A stretch of DNA of 64,000 nt, taken from the NCBI GenBank assembly GCA_030141605.1, contig JAQGDQ010002377.1, forward strand, positions 1 through 64,000. The letters are read 5' to 3'. This document shows positions 10,947 through 22,200 of this stretch, one piece after another. The position numbers and the translations under genes were made by a program. The stretch is from Tubiluchus corallicola (taxonomy: Eukaryota > Animalia > Priapulida). The notes beneath the pieces were generated by a model, which was not told the origin of the DNA, searched no databases, and was given only the letters and a program-made list of their open reading frames with translations. Each line of letters starts with the position of its first letter. Position 1 is the stretch's first letter.

Positions 10947-11386
10947 TATCGTCTAGAGCTACTTTCCTGGACGTACAGCACTTTGTACAGATAGTAAGCT
11001 GCCCAAACTCTGTATGTGGTATAGCATCCGGGTATTTCCTCCTGCATAACTGACACGTGGATGGAGCCATAGTGCTGCTTAATCACCCAATTGTCATGAC
11101 AATACGTAGGTGATTACCAGTCAATAATGCTTTAAATTTCCAAGGCCAACCTGTCATACAAGTTCTTGGCCCAACGTATGTTAACAATATTTTCACAAAT
11201 ATGGTTTTCCGCTAATATTCACACTAGTATTAATCAATCTCCAAAAATATTATTATAATCACATTCCTTGTCTCTTTATACACACGATGGTATAAGTCAT
11301 TATGAGAAAACTTCAAAATTTGCACATAAAAAGTTAGAAAATGCGAGCACTTTACTGAGACATCCAACTTGCGCAATAACCTGCGC

Positions 11387-11530
<144 letters not shown>

Positions 11531-12221
11531 ACATGATGGCGGGACATCAATACACTGAACAGACTTTCAAGCATCAATTTCATTGTTTTTCTTGTATTAA
11601 ATTATAAACGTGTTTTGAACTCTGACTAATCGAAGAGATAGTGTCGAAACTAGTCTCTTTGTATAACATATTCTTAGTATATATTTTAAGTAATAGTCAT
11701 GGACACGAGAATGCCAAAGGGTCATTTAATTTCCTGTCCCTACATGCGAATGGTAAATTAATTTCAATAAAAATAGGTCCTAAATCAAATAGCAACTATT
11801 ATCTACTAGCATCTGGCCTACGTTTCAACAGTTGAATAGCTGAAAGCTTAATCACTGACGTTAGTTACATTTCATTTCATTATTAGTTTGTTTATTAGAG
11901 GAAAACACTATTACAATTATGGACATATAACATCGTAAGTACAACTACACAATAGTAAACAAAATGGCTAAAATTACTAACAATTTCTTATCAAGGGAGC
12001 AATTCATATCTGAACAATTAATATGCAACTGCTTGCAGCTAAGCTAAAACAGGGATAGACTGAGTGGCGTCAAACATAGTACATGTATACAATATAGGTA
12101 GAATGGTCAAGGTCAAGTCCACCTAATATGTATTTAAGAGATACGTTTTCATCATCTTCTTAAATCTAGGTAGCCGTGATACTGTTTTAATATTACAAGA
12201 AATAGAATTCCAAACTTCCAT

Positions 12222-12526
12222 ATATGAGTTTCATTCATTACATCATTCCATTTTAAGCACTAATGTTTTTTATCACGATTCACTTTAAATTTTCAGATTA
12301 CCTTTTCTCTATCACTGTGTGGGACAATCTAACAAGCCCTGCTTTTTGATTGCCCGCAACACATTTACCTTCGTGTATAAGTGAACAGTGTTTGAGGCTT
12401 TTTCTGTGCAGTATTTCTTATTTGTATTATATCCATTGTAGGCCCTTTCACTAGATATTGTATATGTAACCATTGTAAATGTGTAAGGTGAAATAAATGA
12501 CTTTCATGTGACTTATGACCACTGGT
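12222..12526 (+). mobile_element. Short LINE 3'UTR-like insertion
   Basis: Interrupts the older LINE frame; TTCCAT on both sides; internal hairpin gggacaatc..gattgccc and AATAAA near its end. Confidence 0.5.
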
Positions 12527-12676
12527 TCCATTTGGACCTACAAAAGACACAAAATGTTTAGCAACGTTAGTTCTGCAATATTTAATATAATATTCGTTAT
12601 ACCTAGTGTTATGGTGTATGATATTTTTGTTTATGAGATTTATGAAAAATTGCGGAAACAAATTAAACTGGATTTT

Positions 12677-13010
12677 TGTTGTGGAGATTCTATAGTATAG
12701 TAGACCAATCTTTTTACCTTGTAGAAGATTCGAGAACTTTCTATTCGCGATGCGCGTAGTAGTTCCTAGATTGTTCTGGTTTAGTCCATGTGCACTGATA
12801 TACAAGGCGGAGCTGGCCGCGAAAGTTTATTCTCGTATTCTCAGATTAATTTCAGATTCTCAGATTATCGTATACTATTTTTTTATCACTTGACTGTGTA
12901 TATTTCGCGTTCCTTTTGTGTTGTGAAATTCTCACACACTTAACCTGTTCAATTTGACAACGTGTTTTCTTGTTTTATCTACGAGCCTTTCGAGAGAAAG
13001 AAACACAACA
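12677..13010 (+). repeat. 5' LTR
   Basis: Highly similar to 15108-15448; TG..CA ends. Confidence 0.9.
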
Positions 13011-13015
13011 AATTT

Positions 13016-13033
13016 TGGCGCAGTCGTCAGGAT
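13016..13033 (+). promoter_or_regulatory. Primer-binding site, probably for tRNA-Ser
   Basis: TGGCGCAGTCGTCAGGAT just after the 5' LTR; its reverse complement resembles a tRNA-Ser 3' end ending in CCA. Confidence 0.7.
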
Positions 13034-13199
13034 CCTTGGTGACTCAGTGGACAGTTGTTTATCTTAGCAATGATGGCGGAGCAGATTGTCGACTTTATGA
13101 AGGACAGATGAATCAGCAGGCGCAGCAGATTCATATCCAGAGGGAACAGATGTATCAGCAGGCACAGCAACACAAAGAAGATATGGACGCTATGAAGAT

Positions 13200-14660
13200 A
13201 TGGCAGAGCCTCTTTGCCGCTTGACCAAGAAGTCAGTTCCCTGGAAGAGGGGAGATGAGGAGCAAGCAGCATTTGAATTGTTGAAGAATGTGCTATCCCG
13301 AGATCAAGTCCTGGTGCATTTTGACCCTGACAAGCCTGTGGGATTGGCTTGTGATGCATCCAACATTGGAATTGGAGCTGTCCTGTTTCATCGCTATCCA
13401 GACGGTAGCGAGCGCACAATTGCCAATCTGTCCAAGACTCTCACAGCAACAGAAAGGAACTACAGCCAAATCCACAAAGAAGCCCTAGCCATCACCTTTG
13501 GCTTGCGGAAATTCTACCAGTACCTCTACGGGCATCATTTCATACTGGTGACTAATCATAAGCCACTGACATCACTCTTTGGACCGAAGAAAGGGACGCC
13601 ACGTCTTGCAGCTAATCATCTAGCTCGGTGAGCCCTGTGGCTGAACCAGTTTGAGTACACCATTGAATACCGGAAAACAGCAGATCACGGCAATGCAGAT
13701 GCCCTTAGTCGCTTGCCATCTGGAGACGACAACGACTTCGACAGGAAGAAAAATGGTGCAGACAAGGACATGGTGTGTGCCATCAAAGTTCTCAGTCTTC
13801 AAGTCAAGCCTGTGGACGCCAAAATCCTCTGGCAAGAGTCAGAGAAAGACCCAGTGCTATCTACAGTCAAGCGCGATGTCCGAGAATGGTGGCCGCCCAA
13901 GCACGCTGAGATCAACGAAGAAGTCGAAAAGTTCTGGATACTCACTCAGTATCTGCCACGGATGCCTCATTCATGGATCAAGAGTTGTGATTCCACAGAG
14001 CGTGCAATCCAAGATCCTGGATCTACTGCATATCGGGCACTTCGGCATGGAACGCATGAAGCAGTTAGCAAGAACTGCTGTCTACTGGCCTGGTATCGAT
14101 GCAGCTATCGAGAACATCAAAACAAGCCATCCAAGCCTGCAGATCACCCACGGATGCTACCAGAGAAGCCATGGAGCCGCTTACACCTGGACCATGCCAT
14201 TAACTTCATAGGTATGAACTGGCTGGTGATCACTGATGCTTACTCAAAGTATGCATGCATTCACCATAAGTCTTCCATGTCCACTAGAGCCACTCTAGAT
14301 CTGCTGGAAGAGGACTTTGTTCACTTCAGATTCCCTCACACGTTGGTTACAGACAATGCATCAACCTTCATGTCTGAAGAGTTCCATGCAAAGAATGTGG
14401 GATCACACATCTCACAGGAGCATCATACCATCCAGCTACCAAGGGAGCAGCAAAATGCTTGGTGTAGACGTTCAAGCAAGCACTCAGGAAGTCTTCTCTG
14501 CCCCCAAAGCGAGCTCTTCAAGAGTTCCTGATGCAGTACCAGAGAACACCGACATCCTGTGGATTCTCTCCGAGTGAACTCTTGATGTTTGAGCAGATAC
14601 AGAAAACGATCGACTCTCTGCTACCCTCGCCAGCGCACAACCTCAGGGTAAGCAATCCAG
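13200..14660 (+). pseudogene. Gypsy pol remnant (RT connection, RNase H, integrase) with stops and frameshifts
   Basis: LACDAS..GIGAVL, NYSQIHKEALAI, HIGHFGMERMK..VYWPGID, PWSRLHLD, LVTDNA motifs spread over several frames. Confidence 0.9.
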
Positions 14661-15107
14661 GCAGTCATCTCGGTCAACTCCAGACTCGGGAGGTGTCGCC
14701 AAGGTCACCAAGCAGTACAAGTCTGGGGAGCCTGTCTATGCACTGTACTATAGACCTCGTTGAGACAGACATCCCCAATGGTACCAGCGGTCATCAAGAA
14801 GTCTCTGGGTACTCACTGCTTCAACGTCAAGGTCCTTCCTCATAGTTCAGTATGGAGATGACGCTGGAAACAGCTACGCTTCTGTGGAGGACTTTGAATC
14901 TGATGATGAGAGGGATTTTTCTTTTGAGCTTCCACCTGATCATCCAATGGAGATCCTGGAAGAACTGTCAGAAACTCTGAAGCAGACCGGCTCTGCCTGT
15001 GCCAGAGTATGGACCGGACAACCCTAGACGATCTAAGAGAACACCCAAGCCGAGAGAGAGACTTTGTTGCTGATGCTTTAGAGGTAGCATTAGTTTCGGT
15101 GGGGAGG

Positions 15108-15448
15108 CGTTGTGGAGACTCTGCTGTATAGTAGAACAATCTTCTTACCTTGTAGAAGATTCGAGAACTTTCTATACGCGATGCGTGTAGTAGTTTCTAG
15201 ATTGTTCTGGTTTAGTCCATGTGCACTGATATACAAGGCGGAGCTGGCCGCTCAACTTTATTCTCGTATTCTCAGATTAATGTCAGATTCTCAGATTATC
15301 GTATGCTATTTTCTTATCACTTGACTGTGTATATTTCACGTTCCTTCATACTTTTGTGTTGTGGAATTCTCACACAATAAACATGTTCAATTTGACAACG
15401 TGTTTTCTTGTTTTCTCTTCGAGCCTTCCGAGAGAAAGAAACACAACA
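15108..15448 (+). repeat. 3' LTR
   Basis: Follows the polypurine tract; similar to the 5' LTR. Confidence 0.9.
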
Positions 15449-16116
15449 GTTTTGTACATGAATACAGCAATATTGTACTTAATGAGATCATGAATTATTA
15501 ATTGCAAGAATTTATAGTGTAAGTTACCCGCTTTGCACATCTTAAGTGTAATGCGAAAACACCTCATTTTCTAGATTTTTTACAAAAATTATAATCGTTT
15601 CATTTTAAAAAGACGATACTACTTTATAAGAAAGTTATTATAGACCCTAATACGATTGCATTTTGAGCTGAGAAAATACTGTGGTTGCTTTAATTGTTGA
15701 CTAATATCAGAAAACACCACTGGTGTTTTTGAATACCTATAATTTTTGTACTCTTTCATATGAAGTCAGTAAAAACTAAAGCTATCTGATTAATTGGACC
15801 TTCATTTGACAACATAATTACACAACGAACATTTTCTTGAACATTTTTAAATAGCAAATATTATAAAATAAAACACATAAGCTGGATGTCAATGTATTTT
15901 TTATATTGTCTTTAAATTGACTGGGACTCAGGTTGTGGCATGTAGCATATCTGAGATTGAGCAAGTTCCTATCTGACATTGCATCTCTACTGATTGCTGA
16001 GGATTAAAATTCGTATAAAAATGATTTGGGTTCATTTCAACTGATGGTTTGAATGTTGGCAGGTAATTCTGACTCTAGTTTGATAAAACAAAAGTAAAAA
16101 TGGATTTTTTTTACAG

Positions 16117-16277
16117 ATTTATGACCAATTCAATACCAGATATGAAGTGCCAGTACCATTGTACACAGATAGCACTAGTGCTCGATCACCTCGCTACAAA
16201 GTCGAATTTGAGGGACTTGACAATGACGAGGAGATGTTTTCCTTCAAAATTATTAGAAAAAGCACAAATACAGTAAT
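16117..16277 (+). CDS. GH31 module 1 exon ([28 protein letters not shown])
   Basis: cag/gt; RYEVP motif of the N-terminal beta domain. Confidence 0.88.
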
Positions 16278-19200
16278 GTATGTATTTTTGGATAAGTGTT
16301 TGTTTATTCGTTATTCATGTGTTATGCATGATTCTTAATATCATAAACATGAAATTTACGATATTTAAGCCTAATTAGCTGCAATCATAAGAATATATCT
16401 TTTGACAAAGTTGTTTGGCTGTATCAGTCTCTAAGTCACTTAACCCAGCTCTTTTTTCAGAATTACAACCTTATTTTTGGCTTAAAGTAAAATACTAAAC
16501 TAGTAGTCAGTAGTTGAAACAACCAGATGACGTGATGAGGATTCCTAGTTATCCGATAAATTTTGTACCGGAACCTCCAAATCCTATTTTCCTAATTTGT
16601 TGCTATATGTGGCTAGATGGGACACGTCAATTGGAGGTCTTATATATGAGGACATGTTCATTCAGATTGCTACACGTCTGAATTACCAAAATCTTTATGG
16701 ATTTGGTCAGCACAGGCGTGAAAAATTCAGACATGATTTGAACTACAAGACATGGCCAATGCATGCTAAAAATCCCTCGCGAGTACATGAAGTAAGTCAT
16801 TTGGTTTATTGGCACCTTGGGTATCTTAGGCTTCATTACTGCACTAGGAAGTGCTCCGCTGCCATTGCTTTGCACTGCAGCTGTTGCGTTAGTTGTGCTG
16901 TAGTTTTTCACAGACAAACATTCTAAGTAGAAGATACCATGCTTAACACCCTTTACTTACAAGTAAATTGCAGATGCGTCACGTCTGTAGGTGTCAGAAT
17001 TTGTTTAGAATAATCCAGAGAAGATCATCTAGTTCAAAAATCAAAACGATGTATATTTTTAAATCACTGTTCTAATTTTAAATTATCTTTTTCATATTGT
17101 AATTACTGACTTTAGTTTTTCATTCTTTCTTTTGTAATGTTTTAATTGATTATAATTTTTGTGTTTTAATTCTAAATCATTTTTTAAATTTGTAAATATT
17201 TTAAACACAGTGCAGCAAGTGCCTTGTACAATGTCCTGTTTTGCAAAGGACAAAACCATAAATGAATAAACAAAAACTGCAGGCGTATAACTAGATTTAA
17301 AGGTATTAATTTAACAGCAATTTACTGTTTTTTTGCCATTTAGATAATGATCTTGCTACTAATTACTATATACTATTTTCTTGGCATTCTAATAATCTTT
17401 TGCTTTGATCTATGAATGAATAATGTGGATTATTACAATTTTAACTGTCACATATTTTTGCCTAACTGCTTTTTTTGAAACTGATGCAACTGAATGGTCA
17501 AATTGAAAAGTAAGAATTTTAAACACTAAGCAGGCAAAATAGTGGAAAATTAAAAAACTTGTTACGTATGATATTTAAGTCGTTTGTACCTGAATAAATG
17601 CGTCTAAATGTTATTTTGCACATTATTTATTAACAAAACAGTCATAATTTGATCTTTGCCTTTTTAGTTTTTTGTACAAATGCAATACAAGCATAAGTTA
17701 TTAATGTTTGGTAACGTCAATACACAGCTGGACAAGTGTTATTGGTTTTTTGTACACAAAACAGAAATTATTGTTTGCCTATTCCACCATGGATGTATAA
17801 GAGTAAGCAGTATAGTGAGGTGGGCTTTCAATATTTTGGGCACCATTAAGCCATCTTCTCTTTCCATGAAAATGCCAATACCAATGTAATTATCACAAAC
17901 TAGTTTTATTTCGTTTCCTTGAAATTCCCTACAATTATAATATTTTAAGCATTTACTTTTCAATTTTTAATGCGTTCTGTGTTTTTTTACCAGTTCTAAT
18001 GTGGTTGTTTTGATTATATATCTGTATTCCTGAATGTTTTCAATCTCATTCCCATTTGTAAATCATGGTAGCTTGCTGTTCTATTCAGTACACATACATG
18101 TAATATTTTTGATGTAGGTCTATTTAGTATTTGAATTAAAAGATGGAAGTTTGGAAAGTCATAGCTCAAATTTGAAAACCGAAAATTCTAATAAAAATTA
18201 CGTGATATACCTCATATGGTAGAAAAAATACACACTATTCCAAAAATTTGAATTTAATAGTGGTCTTCGGATTTTTTTATTAAAAGCAACAAAACTTGGG
18301 AATTTTTCTGTGCATCTAACCTTGAATTTAATGATGCTTCTGGCTTCTTCGCACTTTACAAAGTGAGTAATTTCTGAATTTAATTGGGCTGGTTTAATTT
18401 CTATGATCTAATGCAGAGCTGAAGTATTTGCAAATGGAACTGTTAGGAGTTAATGTCTTGGGTCTTCGGATGTTTTTGAAGTTTTCATCGCTGATGCCAT
18501 GTGCACTCTTTTATCACTTTTATCATAGATGGGATACAACAATAGGAGGCTTAATATTTGAGGATCAGTTCATTCAAATTGCTACTCGTTTGACATCAGA
18601 AAATTTGTACGGGTTTGGCCAGCACAGAAAAGAGACATTCAAGCATGATTTGAATTACAAGACTTGGCCAATGTTTTCCAAGGATACTTGGCAAGGCGTA
18701 AGTGCGCTTGATTTTAGTTGCGTAACTTGTGTTTTTGTTTTGTTATGGCTATGCTTTTAGTTATTCGTTTTTTTCTTATAAGAATCCTAGCAATAGCTTA
18801 CTAAATTAGCTCTGACTACTTTATATGTACCACCATTTTAGGCCTGCAGACTTATTTAAAGTCAGACTAAACTCTAACTATAATATAAGCTTTTACAACT
18901 TAAAATCCTATTCTCATTAAGAACATTCAATTTATTTTATTTTAAACTAACTGTAAAACTTGTTTCTTCTGATTCGTTATCACTTCGCTGTTAGCGGTAT
19001 TAAATTTGAAAAACCGCCATTTTTTGGTGTGCGAGAGAAACCAATAACATTATGAGTACAGGCACGAGATCACTAAAAATTGTTAAACAAACATTGGCAA
19101 CCAAAGACGCTTTCTGTACATTCTCTAAAGACGGAAAACATGGCGATCCTTACGGAAATGCACTCATTAGAAATTTGCCAGAAAAAGGTAAGTTATTTAA

Positions 19201-22200
19201 TTTACAAGTTTCTTCTGTTTAATAATAACTATGAATTCTTTATGTAATCATAATAATGCTTTAAAAAAGCTCAATGTCTTTTGGGCTTATATAGGCTTTT
19301 AAATTTTACATGATTTGTGGAAAGACCTAAACTAACCCAGAAATTAACCCCAATGCACTCATTGTACTGTTGCACTTACACGTTACCTTAATATCAAATA
19401 CTGTTTAGATACTCACTGTTTAATCTCCTTTGGCCAGAGAAATCTCTGGGGTAGACTTCTGAAGTAAATAGATGTAGAAAGAAACAATACAGTACGTGTA
19501 ATAGCCCTAAATGTGTTTACCATAATTTTGCCATAAGTTCTTAATCGGCCATTTAGTTGTCAGAGACCTGCATATCACAAAATTTTATAGTATTACAAGC
19601 ATCTTCACATACTAGCACTAGAACTCAAGTATAGGTTTTCTGCACTCTTCCTTACTTAAGAAATTTTCAGCAGGTTGTTTCAGCTCTTTGAACATTCCAA
19701 GCCAAAATATTGTCCTTCATTTGCCTGAGCTTCTTTTCGATGGCTTTGTCGTCCTGCTCCGATAATAATCTTTATCATTCCATGCATTTGTTTAATGTTG
19801 GACATCGGCAATTACGTTTTCGTGTATTTTTGGCAATTTTTTTTTGTTGCTGAAACTTGAAAAACCGTTTTTAAAGGTCTTTGTCTAATTTCAAGACCAT
19901 ACTAGGTTACCAAATTGTCGAATGTTTATGTTTGTATATTTTCTAGAAAAAATTAATTGGTATAATTTTGACAATTTCATAACTATCAGTTCTTAAAAAA
20001 TGATAATGTGACAACCATTGATCAATCTACAGTTATGTTATACTGCTTACTCTTTTATGCTTTTGCCTTTGCAAGCTTCGTTAGCTTTGTTTTTTTGCTA
20101 TGTTATTGTGTGGTGCCATGCTTGCAGGCTGTTAAGGCGTGTGGGATTTTTACTTACATAAAGCTGATGTTGTTTGCTCTTCGCCTGTTAAAACAAGATT
20201 GTTTATTTAAGAAAGTTTGTTTATTAGAAAACATCACAGATGGTCTGTATCATCTTGTTGTTACAGTGATCTAACTGAGTAAATATTATTGCATTTTCTG
20301 TAAGGTTATATTGTGTGCTTAGTGATCGTCGATCAAAGTTAAGCAACACTGGGCCTAGCTTAGCTTATCTAACATTCTGGCTTCCCGTCCCTGCCATTGT
20401 TTAGATTTACTGTTGTAGTTTCTTAACATTGTTTAGCCTTACTGTTGTAGATTCTCAACATTGTGTAAAATTACTGTTGTAGCTTCTTAACATTGTGTAA
20501 AGTTACTGTTGTAGTTTCTTAACATTGTTTAAAGTTAACTGTTGTAGTTTCTCAACATTGCTTAAAGTTTCTGCTGTAATTTCTTAACATTGTTTAAAAG
20601 TTACTGTTGTAGTTTCTTAACGTTGTTTGAATTTACTGTTGTAGTTTCTTAACGTTGTTTGAATTTACTGTTGTAGTTTCTTAATGGTTCTTCCAGCCAT
20701 ATTTCTAATTATTATTATTATTGCAAATTTTTCGAAATTGGTGTACAATTTTCATTTTTTTAGTAGCGTAGGAAAATAAGAACATTTACACATAATAGTT
20801 TAATCAAAAAACGGACAATAAATAATATAGTAGTTGCATTAAGGGGAGTACGATAAAGATAATATGTTACTTAAATTAACTTTGACATATCCAATCCGAT
20901 AGCAGGTCAAGTTCACTTCTATTCAAACATAATTTTGTTTTTTATAAATGCATAGGATTATATGAATCTATATGCCCATCATCCCATGTACATGGCTGTA
21001 GAAGATGATGGGAACGCGCATGGAGTCTTTTTACTTAACAGCAATGCTATGGGTGAGTATTATCTAGTATTTTTAATTGATCTACTGGGGCACAGTCCAG
21101 TATTTGTAGCATTAATGAATGTGTGAGGTGTGCATGTGAGCTTAGTAGATTTTACATGAACTGTTTTTGGTGTCATTTTGTCTTGTAATGAGTTATTATT
21201 GTGTCATGTGCAAGGAGTCGTATCTTAAATATAACAATTACAAATTATTCAACAGTATGTATTTTGAGAAAGTATCTAAGCATTAATGCTTTGTTGCACA
21301 AACTTTTTGATTTTTTGAATAGTATTTGGCATATTTGAATTTTGGAAACTAAGTATTGTGGTTTTCAGGCTAAGCAGTGGAATTTTGTCTGTGTTTTAGA
21401 TGTTGATAAGTTACAGCACCATAATTGATTGAAGCAACAGTATTAGCACATTTTAATCCAATTAAGACATTTAGCCAAGTTATGTATACAGTTATGATTA
21501 TCAATACTTATGATTTAACAGGGTTTTCACTTGTAATTTTTAGAGGTGGAACTAATGCCACACGCCTTAGTGTGGAGGACTATTGGTGGAGTCCTTGACT
21601 TCTCCATTTTCCTAGGACCAGATCCGAATAGTGTGATCCAACAATACACACAGGTAAGCTGACGAACCAAGATGTTGATAATCAGCATAACGTTCACCCA
21701 TGAGTTTAAATTCACTCTGCAAGTATTTCGTTTTGATGATCCAAATTTAGCTTGTAAATTTTGATAAAGACACGGCAGAAAATTTTAAGCACTTTAAAGT
21801 TTGGTCGTTTAAACTCAGACATTTGAAAAAGTTTTATTCCTGTTTTAAGTAAGATATGCAACTTACTTTGTTACCACAGGTATATTGTAAGTAATTAATG
21901 TTAATAATCTGTAGTTTTGAACTAAAACTACCGATTGTTATTGCTTTGGTGTGCAGTGGCTTATTTACCAACTGTTTGAACAATTCAATTGGACAATCGA
22001 ATATCAATAACAAGTGATTAAATTACCTCCATCTAAATAAACCAGTTCTTGATTGAACTAACCCACTACGAACATAAGTGTTTTTAATTAAGCGGGCTTT
22101 ACTTGAATGCTTAGTGTGGAGTGCGTCCAGATTCACTGATAGTGAATAGTGATAGTGATAGTGATTCTGAAAGGGGGAAATTGTTGTTTTGAATGGCTTT

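Larger units (their letters stand above)
6765..11226 (-). mobile_element. Near full-length non-LTR retrotransposon (ORF1 + APE endonuclease + RT), frameshifted; clade uncertain (possibly Proto2/RTEX-like)
   Basis: Adjacent long ORFs with RRM-like ORF1, APE and RT motifs; ends are approximate and no clear TSD was found. Confidence 0.9.
12677..15448 (+). mobile_element. Internally deleted Ty3/Gypsy LTR retrotransposon (Mag-like)
   Basis: Paired LTRs with TGTTGTG..CACAACA ends; 5-bp TSD ATTTT/GTTTT; PBS; PPT GGTGGGGAGG; RNase H and integrase remnants. Confidence 0.93.
11868..15560 (-). mobile_element. Old 5'-truncated L2/Crack-like LINE 3' end, interrupted by two younger insertions
   Basis: Minus-strand pieces join as IHDLIKYNIAVFMYK | IQFNLFPQFF..HNTR..CRTNVAKHFVSFVGP | EVWNSISCNIK..FKKMMKTYLL*, followed by AATAAA and a (TGAAA)n tail near 11868. 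Confidence 0.7.

Noticed and set aside
19052-19187. ATG-initiated 45-codon frame ending at a strong AG|GTAAGT donor (possible alternative first exon)
   Set aside because: No homology or signal peptide, and its phase 1 end does not match the next exon (phase 0); unsupported without RNA data.
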